Shown piece by piece: positions 8,632 to 18,961 of a stretch of DNA of 64,000 bases. Source of the stretch: a virus (taxonomy: Duplodnaviria > Caudoviricetes). The DNA lies in IMG/VR virus record IMGVR_UViG_3300037424_001387, positions 539-64,538 of that record; one strand, given 5' to 3'. Positions within the stretch are counted from its first letter, which is position 1. Every line of letters starts with the position of its first letter. A program made the translations under genes and the position numbers. Under the pieces are notes generated by a model. The model did no database searches and was not told the DNA's origin. It saw nothing but the letters and a program-made list of their open reading frames with translations.

Positions 8632-8903
8632 TAATAGCTCCCATTCCGTAGTTCCTCATAATTCTCCGATATGATGTGTAGCGCCGTTAGGCTGTCGGCG
8701 TCGCCGTCCAGGTCGATTTCGGCAATTGCCAGGGTATGGGACAAACTGTCCTTAACCCCATCAACCAATGGCAAAACAGACGCCAGCCGCTTTGCCCGTT
8801 CTTCCAGTTCCATAATTGCAAACTGGATTTGATTGCGGGCTACTTTTTGCATTTCTTCGAGTGTTTTTGCTCTTGCTAGGTCAATTGTAAAATCTGTTAC
8901 CAT
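8631..8903 (-). CDS. Hypothetical protein
   Basis: ORF with GGAGG RBS. Confidence 0.6.
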   Translation of the reverse strand: MVTDFTIDLARAKTLEEMQKVARNQIQFAIMELEERAKRLASVLPLVDGVKDSLSHTLAIAEIDLDGDADSLTALHIISENYEELRNGSY

Positions 8904-8942
8904 TCCCTTTACCTCCGTTAATCAAAAATAACCAGGCCGTTG

Positions 8943-9200
8943 TTAGCGGTCCTGGGCGGCCTGCTTAAACAGGTCTGGGTTACTTTCCAGGTAATAGGCC
9001 GCGCACACCGTCAGGTTGACCGTTGTGCTTTTAACCCCCCACTTTTGTCGAAGTGCTTTCTCGATTTCTTTCACCGTGCCACCGGTCGAAAGCCGGGCCT
9101 TGATGCTTTCGATGACTCGCGGATTGTCCTTACTGATAAGATCAAAACCTATCTTGTCCATTTCGTCTCTCAACTTACTCATTCTCGCCTCCGCTAACAT
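8943..9200 (-). CDS. Hypothetical protein (start MLAEAR)
   Basis: First gene after promoter 9214-9242; AAGGA RBS. Confidence 0.6.
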   Translation of the reverse strand: MLAEARMSKLRDEMDKIGFDLISKDNPRVIESIKARLSTGGTVKEIEKALRQKWGVKSTTVNLTVCAAYYLESNPDLFKQAAQDR

Positions 9201-9213
9201 ATGATTTCCTTCA

Positions 9214-9242
9214 ATTATATCATACAAATGTATCATTGTCAA
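9214..9242 (-). promoter_or_regulatory. Sigma70 promoter
   Basis: TTGACA-17nt-TATAAT. Confidence 0.85.
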
Positions 9243-9257
9243 CCATCAATGGACAAC

Positions 9258-9286
9258 AAAAAACCGGGTGTAGTTAGCACCCGGTT
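9258..9286 (-). terminator. Rho-independent terminator of the late operon
   Basis: ACCGGGTG/CACCCGGT stem followed by T6 on minus strand. Confidence 0.8.
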
Positions 9287-9305
9287 GAGTTAGGGGCAAA
9301 AAATG

Positions 9306-10112
9306 TTACACCACGCCAAACATTGTCTTTGTAGAATTGTAGAGATTTAGAATATCGGTATTGTTTATGGCATTGGCTGATAGGAAACAAAACGAAGCCC
9401 GGCCGGGGAGAACCGTAGCCAAAAATATTTGTCCAATTTGCAGGGCTGTTGTGCTATTAAATATTGAGGCCGGGGTAGCTACCGCATTTGTTGTAGTCAC
9501 TCCATCGGCTGAAATAGAAAGGGATGTGCTAGGAATAAAACGACCGACAATAAAATGCCACGCTCCACCGGTTAGATTACCGGTATTTATCAAAGTTACT
9601 GCCGTGCCATCAACAGATACTAACATTCTAGCCTGGCTTGTACTATCGACAAAATACAATCCATAAGAATATTGTCCTGGTGCCCCAATCTTTGTTATTA
9701 AACCGTAATTTGTGCCCGGTGTAACGGGAAGTGCATTTACCCAAAACCATCCTCCTAAAGTTAGCCCACGGACCGCTGCCGCGAAAATTGTTTCTGTGCC
9801 TAAGATACGTAAGTCCGCTTCATCAGGTCTGGTTAAAAAATCCCCGTTGCCGTCAAGATCGGCATATGGTACGAGATTATTATAATAGTTGTAAGTCCCG
9901 TTACCGTTATATGTTAATGTTAAATCTTGACCGCTTAGATTACGAGCGTTCCCGTTTAGTTTGACGCTGGACATAGGCCAAAAGCCAACCAGGCCAGGAA
10001 TAGCTAAAAACTGGCTAACAGCCGCATTCAAAGCAAACTGAGGTTCCCGCCTTACCTGGAAGTGTGAGGCTAAAAGATCAATCATCTCTTGGTTTAACAA
10101 TTGTGTGGTCAT
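9306..10112 (-). CDS. LamG/concanavalin-like tail (receptor-binding) protein
   Basis: GLVGFWPM, TLGGWFW, GGAWHFIVGRF, LQIG; last gene of tail module. Confidence 0.75.
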   Translation of the reverse strand: MTTQLLNQEMIDLLASHFQVRREPQFALNAAVSQFLAIPGLVGFWPMSSVKLNGNARNLSGQDLTLTYNGNGTYNYYNNLVPYADLDGNGDFLTRPDEADLRILGTETIFAAAVRGLTLGGWFWVNALPVTPGTNYGLITKIGAPGQYSYGLYFVDSTSQARMLVSVDGTAVTLINTGNLTGGAWHFIVGRFIPSTSLSISADGVTTTNAVATPASIFNSTTALQIGQIFLATVLPGRASFCFLSANAINNTDILNLYNSTKTMFGVV

Positions 10113-11278
10113 AGTCCACCTAACCCAAGCTTGGCTAATTTTTGGCTCAATTTGTCAGTCTTGCCGCCCTTTAAGTCAAGTTTCCAGGGGGCAGAGTAAC
10201 GGGCACTCTCGATAAACATATAGCGCGGGTCTTGTCTTAAGTCGCTGGCCTGACTTTGTCCGATTAAAAAATCAGGGATGAATAACCACTTGCCGGCCTT
10301 GACATCCCAGGGTTTGACCGTGCCGCCTACTATTGTTTGGATACTTTGGGCCGGGTCGGCCAGCCGGTGGACATATTCCTCTGCCGTTGGAATAGCCGAA
10401 TAATAGGCCCGCCGGTCGTTGTAAATTCCGAAAATATAACGGTTGTCGCTTGTATCCCCATAAGCCAAAATGCTTTTGATGACCGCCCAGGCGGTGGGGG
10501 TGTTATCCTCGTATCTGTCAACTGCAAAGGTATTGGCTGCAATTTGGCTGTAATCGGTACTAAACAGACTGTTAGGATCACCGCCCAAAACATCTAAAAG
10601 CTTCTCTCTCAGTGTCCAGGTTCCAGTTGTCGCCTCAGTATAAGTGAACGTCTCTAAAAACTTAACGTAGCCAGCACACTCAATTGATACCGAGATATCA
10701 TTACTAGCCCCGCCGCCCAAAGACAGACTTTGGTTAGTTTCCGGCCAGCGGTTTTCTTTCAGGTAGGTATCCCTGATTTGTTCGGCCCCGGCTGCTGTTT
10801 CCTTGCCGGCATCCAAGTTTTTTTGGATTATACTGTAAAGATTTTGGCTGTCGGTGTCATTGGCGACGCTGGTTAACGTCCTTATACCGGTTGTGGGGGG
10901 GGTAGTAGTTGTATCAATTGGCGCATAGACTGCATAGATACGATTCCCAACTGCTACCAATTCACCCCTCTCAACCGACAACCCCCCGATTTTGATTGAC
11001 ACCCGGTTAACAAAACCTTCCCAAATTTTATCAAGGGCCGGGTTATAGACCTCAATATGCTGGCCCAACCCTTTAGCAAACCAGTCCTCTATCTGGCGCT
11101 GCCGGCCTTTGATCGAGAAAGACGCGGACCAATAACCACCCACTGCCGTAATCTCTTGATCGTAGGAATCGACCTGGCTGGCCAGGGTGCCAAGAAAACC
11201 AACCCGGCCCGATTTCCAAAGCGGATCAGAATAATTAATGCTAAGGCCAATCTCGGAAAAGCTTGACGGGGTTGTCAT
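10109..11278 (-). CDS. Tail tip/hub (Tal-like) protein
   Basis: Position after distal tail gene; IWEGFVNRVSI motif; 389 aa. Confidence 0.6.
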   Translation of the reverse strand: MTTPSSFSEIGLSINYSDPLWKSGRVGFLGTLASQVDSYDQEITAVGGYWSASFSIKGRQRQIEDWFAKGLGQHIEVYNPALDKIWEGFVNRVSIKIGGLSVERGELVAVGNRIYAVYAPIDTTTTPPTTGIRTLTSVANDTDSQNLYSIIQKNLDAGKETAAGAEQIRDTYLKENRWPETNQSLSLGGGASNDISVSIECAGYVKFLETFTYTEATTGTWTLREKLLDVLGGDPNSLFSTDYSQIAANTFAVDRYEDNTPTAWAVIKSILAYGDTSDNRYIFGIYNDRRAYYSAIPTAEEYVHRLADPAQSIQTIVGGTVKPWDVKAGKWLFIPDFLIGQSQASDLRQDPRYMFIESARYSAPWKLDLKGGKTDKLSQKLAKLGLGGL

Positions 11279-14166
11279 CGATTCCCCCTTACGCTTAAGT
11301 ACCGCTCGTTTTTCAGGATTTGGATACTGTGGCTAATCTCAGGGGGGGATATCCAGTAAAACGCCGTCCCGGTTGCGCTTGTTTTAGCCGCCAAGAACCA
11401 TAGGCGCTGCTCCTTGTTGGCCTGGAGGAATAGTTCACCCGGCGCAATTGGCCCATAGATACTGGTCACAAAACCACTGCCAAAAATCTGGACCAATGCC
11501 CTGATGTTTTCCTTTGGGTTAGTCAGGCTATCGAGGTTGAGATATTTATCCTTGCTTCCCGAACGGCCAACGTCGCTGTCTGTTTCGTTGGCCTTATCAA
11601 CCGCATCGATAGCGTATTCGTCCACCGGGATTAGAATCAGGTCATACAGCCGTAAATCTGGCGTACCACTGGCGGCGCTGGCCTGGATTCTGATCTCGGT
11701 ACTGTCGCCCAATTCGGTTGTCTTGAGCACGCCGGCAGGGGGGATGGATACCTGCCCAAAATCAAGCAACTCAAAGATGGTCGTTGTCTGAAGGTACTTT
11801 GTCTCTGTGGTGTAAATCACCCCACCTGAACCGGCCGATATTTGCAGCCTGATACCAATATCAGCCGCCGCGCCGGCTGTTCGGTTGGCCCTCACAAAAG
11901 CGTGATAGGTCCCGTAGTAGTCGCGGGCAATCGTTGGGCCTAAAGTAAAGGTGATTCTGGTGAGCATCGCCTCAACTCCAGCCGGCGCAAACGTTCCACG
12001 CCACCCGGTGGGCGCTGACACATCGGCGTCAATGGTGGTGGTTGCCCCCGCCGTTACAGTCACGCCAAACGGGTTTTGTTCATTGGACACATTCAGGTAA
12101 GATGAAAATGCGCTGCCTCGTTCGGTCGAACGTAAGCCCATAATCAGCCGGTTGTCGTACAAATCCGGCCCGCTGCCCCCCGGCCCGTCCTGGTCACTCC
12201 GGTTGTGGGCCTTTACCTCAGCAATCGCTGCAATGTCACCGACAACCTGAGTAGAATCCACTTCGACATAAGGGAAGGTGGGAGAGTAGATATTCCTGTT
12301 TTGCTGAGTCGGCGGGGTAATTGCGCCCACCAAGGCCGATAGCCTGGCGCGGACCCAATAACCGGTTACACCGTTAACTGCCGTTGTTGCCCAACCCGTA
12401 GGCCGGACCCAATGAACCGAACTAACACCGGTTGATCTAAACGCCCCGGTCCCTGGGTTTGTCCCATCGTGAACGGTCAATGCTACCCAGACCGCCCCGG
12501 TCCAAACTTCCCAAGTGATGGTATACGAGGTGTCAAACTGTATGACGCTATCAAGATCAATCACAAGACCGTCAAACGGCCCGCTATCCACAATAGCGGT
12601 ATTAATGCCAAAATAGATAGCGTCGTTAACAACCGGAACGGCTGGAAGTAGTGTTACCGGGAAAACCGTCATTGGTAACAAATTGGCCCCGAATACTCCC
12701 CCGTCATCAACAAAGATATGGGTCAAGTTGGCACACCTGGCCTGATTGACAACATAAACGGAGTCGTCACAGGTGTTTACTGGTCCCATATCAAAGGTGG
12801 TATAAGGCAAAGTTAAAACTTGGCCGTCATCCCCGGCCAAAATCCGTCCGGTTGTGGTTTGCATAATTGTAAAAACAAAAGCACTTGGTAGCGTGGTTTC
12901 TACTGTCCAGGTATCTCCATCGTCGCCAGATTTCCAGATTTGCCCATTTTCACCGGCATAAATAGCCCCGGTCGAGGACTGCAAAATATATTCCACGTTA
13001 CCAACAAGAGCCGAACCGGTAACACTCCACGAATCACCGTCATTATCAGAAAACCAGATTTCTCCAACATTACCGGCCAAGATTCGTCCGGTTGTTGTTT
13101 GGTAGAGAGAATAAACAAACCCGGATGGATCAGTGGTTAAAATATTCCACGTCAAGGCGTTATCGTCAGAATACCAGATTTGCCCGTTGTCCGCTGCCAA
13201 AATGCGTCCGGTGGTAGTTTGAAGAACAACTAAAATGCTTTTAGTTGTAACCGGGATCGCAGTCCAGTTAGCCCCATCATTATCAGAATAAACAATGTCG
13301 GTGGTATCTGCTGCCACTAATCGCCCGGTTTCGGTTTGAATAATGCTTGTAATAATCCCACCACCCGCTATTATAACATTATTCCACGTGCCACCGTTGT
13401 CGTCAGAATACCAAATCCTGCCGCTCACTCCCGCAAGAATTCGGCCTGTTGATGTCTGAAATAATGAAGAAACAGCACTGGCAGGCGCGGCCGTTGACAC
13501 CTGCCAGGTAAGCCCGTCATCATCGGACTGCAAAACCTGGCTATCAACATCCCCCAAAAATAAACGCCCCGATGACGCTTGAATAATTGCAAGAACCTGT
13601 AAAGACGGATCGGTTGATCGCACGCTCCAAGCCTGGTCACTCCACCAAACTTGTTCGTTATTGGTTTGTCCACAAGTCCCGGTCCCTGGCGCATTAGCCA
13701 GCCAATGCCCCCGCTCAATATTGAGCGTTAGCTCATCAAAAATCTTACCGTCAATCGTGGTAAAATCGGGTGACATCGGGTCATCAAGCTGAGGGAATGA
13801 GTAATCATAAATGATAGCGTAACGGGTATTTGTTTCGCAATTACCCCGGACCACCAAATAAACCGGGTCAGGCTGTACATCTGTAGTCCAGTAGTTAACG
13901 GCCTTTTCTAAGAGCCGCTCAAGTTCTTGGATTTGTACGTAAAGCTGGTCTTCAGTTATGTTTTTGATGTTAAAAGTTAGCGTCTCTGTTGCAACAGAGA
14001 ATCGCCGGCTTACCGGTCGTTTCATATCGGCCAGGGGTGATTGCTGGCTTGTTGTTTCGTGGGGGGTTACAGTGGGATTCCACTCTTTAAGGCCGATTCC
14101 GACGCTTAAATTGTGCAGGTCTATTGTGGTAGTTCCGTCGCTTACGGCTAGTATCCCTGTCGTCAT
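11275..14166 (-). CDS. Distal-tail-like protein with inserted BNR/Asp-box beta-propeller
   Basis: Follows TMP; six SDDxGxTW-type repeats; GGAG RBS before MTTGIL; alternative in-frame start at 14277. Confidence 0.7.
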   Translation of the reverse strand: MTTGILAVSDGTTTIDLHNLSVGIGLKEWNPTVTPHETTSQQSPLADMKRPVSRRFSVATETLTFNIKNITEDQLYVQIQELERLLEKAVNYWTTDVQPDPVYLVVRGNCETNTRYAIIYDYSFPQLDDPMSPDFTTIDGKIFDELTLNIERGHWLANAPGTGTCGQTNNEQVWWSDQAWSVRSTDPSLQVLAIIQASSGRLFLGDVDSQVLQSDDDGLTWQVSTAAPASAVSSLFQTSTGRILAGVSGRIWYSDDNGGTWNNVIIAGGGIITSIIQTETGRLVAADTTDIVYSDNDGANWTAIPVTTKSILVVLQTTTGRILAADNGQIWYSDDNALTWNILTTDPSGFVYSLYQTTTGRILAGNVGEIWFSDNDGDSWSVTGSALVGNVEYILQSSTGAIYAGENGQIWKSGDDGDTWTVETTLPSAFVFTIMQTTTGRILAGDDGQVLTLPYTTFDMGPVNTCDDSVYVVNQARCANLTHIFVDDGGVFGANLLPMTVFPVTLLPAVPVVNDAIYFGINTAIVDSGPFDGLVIDLDSVIQFDTSYTITWEVWTGAVWVALTVHDGTNPGTGAFRSTGVSSVHWVRPTGWATTAVNGVTGYWVRARLSALVGAITPPTQQNRNIYSPTFPYVEVDSTQVVGDIAAIAEVKAHNRSDQDGPGGSGPDLYDNRLIMGLRSTERGSAFSSYLNVSNEQNPFGVTVTAGATTTIDADVSAPTGWRGTFAPAGVEAMLTRITFTLGPTIARDYYGTYHAFVRANRTAGAAADIGIRLQISAGSGGVIYTTETKYLQTTTIFELLDFGQVSIPPAGVLKTTELGDSTEIRIQASAASGTPDLRLYDLILIPVDEYAIDAVDKANETDSDVGRSGSKDKYLNLDSLTNPKENIRALVQIFGSGFVTSIYGPIAPGELFLQANKEQRLWFLAAKTSATGTAFYWISPPEISHSIQILKNERYLSVRGNR

Positions 14167-14290
14167 AGTACAATCTCCACTAAAAATTACCGGCAAATAA
14201 ACTTTTTCGGGTTCCTGGGCCTGGGCGATTTGAGCGAAGGCCAGAACTAATACCAAGATGACAAAAAGGCGTTTCATTTTTTGCTCCCCT

Positions 14291-17200
14291 TTATATTGCC
14301 CTGGCAACCTCCTGCCGAACAAAAGAACCGAGGTTTGCCAGGTCCATACCATTATTAACCTGAGTATTGTTAAAAATCACCTGAACCGATCTCCCACCTA
14401 CCGCTCCACGTGATACATTCGACTGCAACATATCACCGAGGCGCGTCATTACCATACTATCCAGGCTTGTTCCACGCGGTGCAACCATAAACTCTTCACC
14501 GCTGGTCAAGCCAACTCGGTAAGTATCATTTGGATAACCGGCCGGAACGGCAGAACCAATTGTACCCCCAGCAAATTGAGCGGTAGACAACTCACCACTA
14601 AGCCGGGCAATCACGGCCTGAATAACGCTGCTGGTCGCGTTGGCTAAATCAGATACAGACGCCCCCGTCCCTAGCGTGATTCCCTGTAAGACTTCTTCGG
14701 GCCGCAGTTTGTACTCTTTGATAAAATCTAGCAGGTCTATTTGTTGTTGCAAAAATTTAAGTTGTTGTTGTTCCTCTTGCTGTTTGGTAATCTGTTCTTG
14801 GAGTTTTTTGTATTCATAGGTTTGTTGATTCAGGGCTTCTTGAGCAGTAACTGCATCTGATATAGTTTGATTAAGAGGATCAAATGGATCATATACTTGA
14901 TTTAATTTGGCATTTAATGCATTAAGTTGACTTGTCATATCACTAGTGGCAGTATTGCTTTTTGCAAGCTCAAGTTCCATCTCTGCCAGTTTTGCTTTAG
15001 CTAATTGAACATTTGAAGATTGATCTCCATATTCACTTGTTAACCCGCTTACTTTTTCTTGTTGCTGTCGAATTGTAGCAATGAGGGTATTACGCTCAAG
15101 TTCTTCTTCTTTAAGTTTTAAGTTTAAATCCTCTAGTTGTTTTGTTTCTTCTGTGGTAAGTTGCGGGGACAGTTGTTGTCCAACAAACATATCGAAAAAC
15201 ATATCATCATAAGTAAGAGATTCTCTTCCGGTTGCTTCGGCTAATTTAGCCAACGAATCGTCTACAATTTGTTGGTTATTTTGAATTTGGGTTTCCAACT
15301 CTGATGATTGATTACTAAGTTCACCGGTAAAAAACGAGGCAAAATTTGACGCCCCGCCCATAAAGTCAGCCCAAACTTCGACCGACATCATACCAACCAA
15401 ATCTTTTGTGGTTAGCATCGCCTCGCGCATTGTTTCGGTGATGGTCTTCATCAGGATGGGCCGGCCCTCTTTGAACCCAATAATCAAGCCGGCTATTGTA
15501 TCAACCCCGATATCGTAAAACGCCTGTGATGGCGACGATATCCCTAGTTCTTCTTTAGCGGCATCAAGGGCGGCTTTTGCAACTTCTCGCGCCAGATCGA
15601 CAATTGTCCCTTGTTGAGATTCAAGCCCCTCGGCAATGCCTTCTCCGATATTCCTCCCGATTTCTGACCAGTCTATTTCAGTAAATGCAGTCACGACCCC
15701 GTCGGCCGCCTGGGTAGCAATCTGTTTTAGTTGACTAACGAGGGTTGATAGGCTGGTTACGGCGCGTAAAATCGTTTGAATTGCGGCTGGTACTCGACTA
15801 AGACCGCTTACCATTGCCTGCCCCGCCGCAGTTGCGGCAGTCCCTAACGCTGGCATTGAAACAGAGGCAATTGACTGGATCGAGGTATCAAGAGCCATCG
15901 TCGATTGCTGCATCGTTGTAGTTTGAGTTGCCCATCCTGTTGCCAGTGTAGCAGCCGCCAGAATCAAGGCCGGTAAGGTCACAAGCCCAAGATTTTGCAA
16001 GGTTAAATCCAGGGTTGACACACCGGTCTGGATGGACGTAAATTGAGCAATCCAGGCAGGGGCCAAAACAGATAAAGCGGATGACAAGGCCGGTAAGGTG
16101 ATGGTTGAGAGATTTGTAAAAGACAAAGCGATAGCATCTACCTGCTGTTTGATAGCAGTAAAGCTTTGCAACATTACCGCCGGATCAAACATAGCTCCCC
16201 CTTCTCCCCCGCCCGTCAAAGCCCCAAACACGCCGCTTAAAACGGTAGCAATCCCCTGACTTAGCGAGTCGAAAACTGCCATAATTGGCGCGGTTAGGGC
16301 ATTAAACCAGAATATAATAGCTGTCACCATATCGGGTATAATCGAGTTGCCCACAAGTGTATTAAAAAGCCCCTGCCAAAACCCGACAACGGCAATAACA
16401 AAGCCTTCCATAAATGATAAAGCCGTTTGTAATGGGGCGGTTATGGCAGTCAGGACTATTGCCATTCCGGTTGTAACCCCCTGGACAAATCCTTGCAGAA
16501 CCATACTAGCCCCGGTAAAAACGTTCCCCCAGGTCCCACCAGGGCTAAAAATACCCTGGATAATCATAATTACCCCGGTAATAATCGTTTCGAGATTACC
16601 TAGATTTTGTTGCCACAAGGCTGTCATCTGCGCAAATATTTCTGTCCCGGTTGCGATTGCCGCCGCCAGTCCGCTAACAAAACCGGTCGCAACGCTGATT
16701 ACAGCCAACAGCACCGCACCAATTCCGGCCGCTACAATGCCAATCGATGTTAGCAGAGCGTTGCCAACATCTGACCAGCTTATGCCGATATTAGCCAGGG
16801 CTTGGGTGAGATTGTTAAAAGCCGTTTGGATATTGGCTATAGCCGGTTGTAAAGCTGTTACAAGCCCATTAAAAACAGATTTCAAAACCTCAAAAGCGGT
16901 TAGGGCAACTGCTGATATTTGGGGCCAATAAGTGTTAAACAAGCCCGTAATAGTCGCTAGGGCTTGTTGTGTAATCCCTTGAATATTGCCCCAATTGCCA
17001 GCCCAGGCCGCGCCCAGCAAAGCCGCCCCGGCAATTATTAGATTAATCGGGGTCAGTAGACTTAACAGGCCAGCAACCAAAGCCGCGAATACACCGGTTG
17101 CTAAAACCGCCCCTATACCAATCAAGGCCCCTCTGAATGATTCAAAGTTTTGGGATACAATGATTATTCCAGCGTTCAAGGTGTCAATCGGACCACCCAT

Positions 17201-18658
17201 ACCAGACAGAGCCGGCGCTAAAACCGAAGAAATGGTAACGGACACTTCACCCAAAGCCGTTTTAATCTGATTAAACAACGTAACCGCAACCGGTGTAATT
17301 CCCAACGCTCCAAGCAAACCCACGCCGCCGGTAGTTTGTAGGCCGGCAATCAAACCGCCAATGGTCCGTAACGCCCCGGCAACATTCGTGCCTAAAACAT
17401 CGCCAATTGCCCGTAACCCGCCCGTTTCAATAGAGATTTTTGTTAGCCAGTCCACAAAATCAGCTAGATAGGGCTGGATAGCAATAAACGTACCGGCAAA
17501 AAATTCACGCAGGCCAACGGCTTTTAAGTCACCCAGGGTTGAGATTAGACCGGAAAACGTAGCCGATTGAGATTTCGCCGCCCCCTCAAAAACTTCCATA
17601 TCGGTGATTACAGCCTCGATAAACGCATCGGAGCTAACCAACCCCTTGCTAACATCATCTAGTGTGTAGCCCATACTCTCTAAAATGGCATTGACACCAA
17701 TCCCGGCGTTAGTAAGCTGAATAATTTCTTGACCGCTGACTTTGCCTTTCGCTTGCATTTGCCCCAAAGCCAGGGCTATTAAGTTGGTTGCCTCAACACT
17801 TTTACCGGTTGCTGAGGCAAAATCAACCTCAGCTTGGGTTAACCGCTTGGCTTCCTCAGTCGTAAAACCGTAGGCCATAGCGGTCCTGAATGCGTCGGCT
17901 ATACCTTCCTGGTTGAACGGACTTTGAACGGCCAAAAGCTGAATCCACTTAAGCAGGTCTTGCGCTTTGGGGCTGGCCTGGGCCATTGCGTCACCCATCG
18001 ACATCTGACCTACGCGGACTTTGTCAATCGTAGTGATAAGCTGCCCGTTTTTTGAGTTTAATTCATTAACCCGTGTTGTCATTGTGGCCGTTGCAGCATC
18101 ACTTTTGGTGAGTTCAAACTCCATTTCTGCTAGCTTTGCTTTGGCCGTTTGGACATTCAGCCCCTGCTCACCGTAAGCCGTGGTTAGATCAATAACACGT
18201 TGTTTTTGCTCCTGAATGCGTCCTAGCAATGTCTGCCGTTCAAGACTCTCTTCTTGGATTTTCGTGTTTAGGTTGTTGATCTCTGCCGACTCATCGGCCG
18301 TAAGTTGAGTAATAACCTGGCGCTGTTGCTCAACCTCTTTACCCTGACTAATTTCACGGGCCACAAGAGAGGTAAGAGAAAGTGAAAGACGCTCGTACTT
18401 GGCATATTCATCCAAAGCAGTAGCACCCAAGACAGCAAAACCGGTTCCCAAAGCAGCCACGCCGGCCAGGGCCACACCGCCGGCAATTGCTCCAAATCTA
18501 AGGACTCCTTGCCCCAAGCCGACAAACTGACCTGATAACTGAGAAGCAGCCGTTGCGGTTTGGCTGGTCATCTTGGATATACCAGAAGTATATTCAGCCA
18601 ATCCCCGGCTAAAATTGCCTAAATCGAGTACTGCTTCAAGTCCGATTTTTTCAGCCAT
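14291..18658 (-). CDS. Tape measure protein
   Basis: 1455 aa, Ala/Gly/Thr-rich amphipathic; tape-measure domain SPFNQEGIADAF..LALGQM.AKGKVSGQEIIQL; follows chaperones. Confidence 0.92.
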   Translation of the reverse strand: MAEKIGLEAVLDLGNFSRGLAEYTSGISKMTSQTATAASQLSGQFVGLGQGVLRFGAIAGGVALAGVAALGTGFAVLGATALDEYAKYERLSLSLTSLVAREISQGKEVEQQRQVITQLTADESAEINNLNTKIQEESLERQTLLGRIQEQKQRVIDLTTAYGEQGLNVQTAKAKLAEMEFELTKSDAATATMTTRVNELNSKNGQLITTIDKVRVGQMSMGDAMAQASPKAQDLLKWIQLLAVQSPFNQEGIADAFRTAMAYGFTTEEAKRLTQAEVDFASATGKSVEATNLIALALGQMQAKGKVSGQEIIQLTNAGIGVNAILESMGYTLDDVSKGLVSSDAFIEAVITDMEVFEGAAKSQSATFSGLISTLGDLKAVGLREFFAGTFIAIQPYLADFVDWLTKISIETGGLRAIGDVLGTNVAGALRTIGGLIAGLQTTGGVGLLGALGITPVAVTLFNQIKTALGEVSVTISSVLAPALSGMGGPIDTLNAGIIIVSQNFESFRGALIGIGAVLATGVFAALVAGLLSLLTPINLIIAGAALLGAAWAGNWGNIQGITQQALATITGLFNTYWPQISAVALTAFEVLKSVFNGLVTALQPAIANIQTAFNNLTQALANIGISWSDVGNALLTSIGIVAAGIGAVLLAVISVATGFVSGLAAAIATGTEIFAQMTALWQQNLGNLETIITGVIMIIQGIFSPGGTWGNVFTGASMVLQGFVQGVTTGMAIVLTAITAPLQTALSFMEGFVIAVVGFWQGLFNTLVGNSIIPDMVTAIIFWFNALTAPIMAVFDSLSQGIATVLSGVFGALTGGGEGGAMFDPAVMLQSFTAIKQQVDAIALSFTNLSTITLPALSSALSVLAPAWIAQFTSIQTGVSTLDLTLQNLGLVTLPALILAAATLATGWATQTTTMQQSTMALDTSIQSIASVSMPALGTAATAAGQAMVSGLSRVPAAIQTILRAVTSLSTLVSQLKQIATQAADGVVTAFTEIDWSEIGRNIGEGIAEGLESQQGTIVDLAREVAKAALDAAKEELGISSPSQAFYDIGVDTIAGLIIGFKEGRPILMKTITETMREAMLTTKDLVGMMSVEVWADFMGGASNFASFFTGELSNQSSELETQIQNNQQIVDDSLAKLAEATGRESLTYDDMFFDMFVGQQLSPQLTTEETKQLEDLNLKLKEEELERNTLIATIRQQQEKVSGLTSEYGDQSSNVQLAKAKLAEMELELAKSNTATSDMTSQLNALNAKLNQVYDPFDPLNQTISDAVTAQEALNQQTYEYKKLQEQITKQQEEQQQLKFLQQQIDLLDFIKEYKLRPEEVLQGITLGTGASVSDLANATSSVIQAVIARLSGELSTAQFAGGTIGSAVPAGYPNDTYRVGLTSGEEFMVAPRGTSLDSMVMTRLGDMLQSNVSRGAVGGRSVQVIFNNTQVNNGMDLANLGSFVRQEVARAI

Positions 18659-18961
18659 TTATCTTCTCCGGCGACCACGCTTGGCGCTATCTTTCCTCAT
18701 TTTGTCCTCTTGGACCTGATTCTCGTATCCGCTCATACTGGCTATTGTTTCCTCATAGGCCATCATAAAAGCCAGATCGTCATCAGGCCGGCAGATTCCA
18801 AACTCACTCGGCCGGATTCCCCACGATTTCGACGCTGCCACCTGGCTCATTAGTTGGCTGTGATACCACGTTATCTTGCCCGGTCGAATTTTGAGGGAGG
18901 TTAAACGCTCGCCGGTTGGCTTGTTCAATCTGACCGCGAAAAAGTTCGCGGGCTGCTTCAA
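18659..18961 (-). CDS. Second tail assembly chaperone ORF (G-T type)
   Basis: WGIRPSEFG..DDDLAFMMAY; overlaps upstream chaperone, lies directly before TMP. Confidence 0.55.
   Translation of the reverse strand: MKQPANFFAVRLNKPTGERLTSLKIRPGKITWYHSQLMSQVAASKSWGIRPSEFGICRPDDDLAFMMAYEETIASMSGYENQVQEDKMRKDSAKRGRRRR

Noticed and set aside
9306-14352. Diversity-generating retroelement acting on tail genes
   Set aside because: No reverse transcriptase and no TR/VR pair differing at adenines noticed
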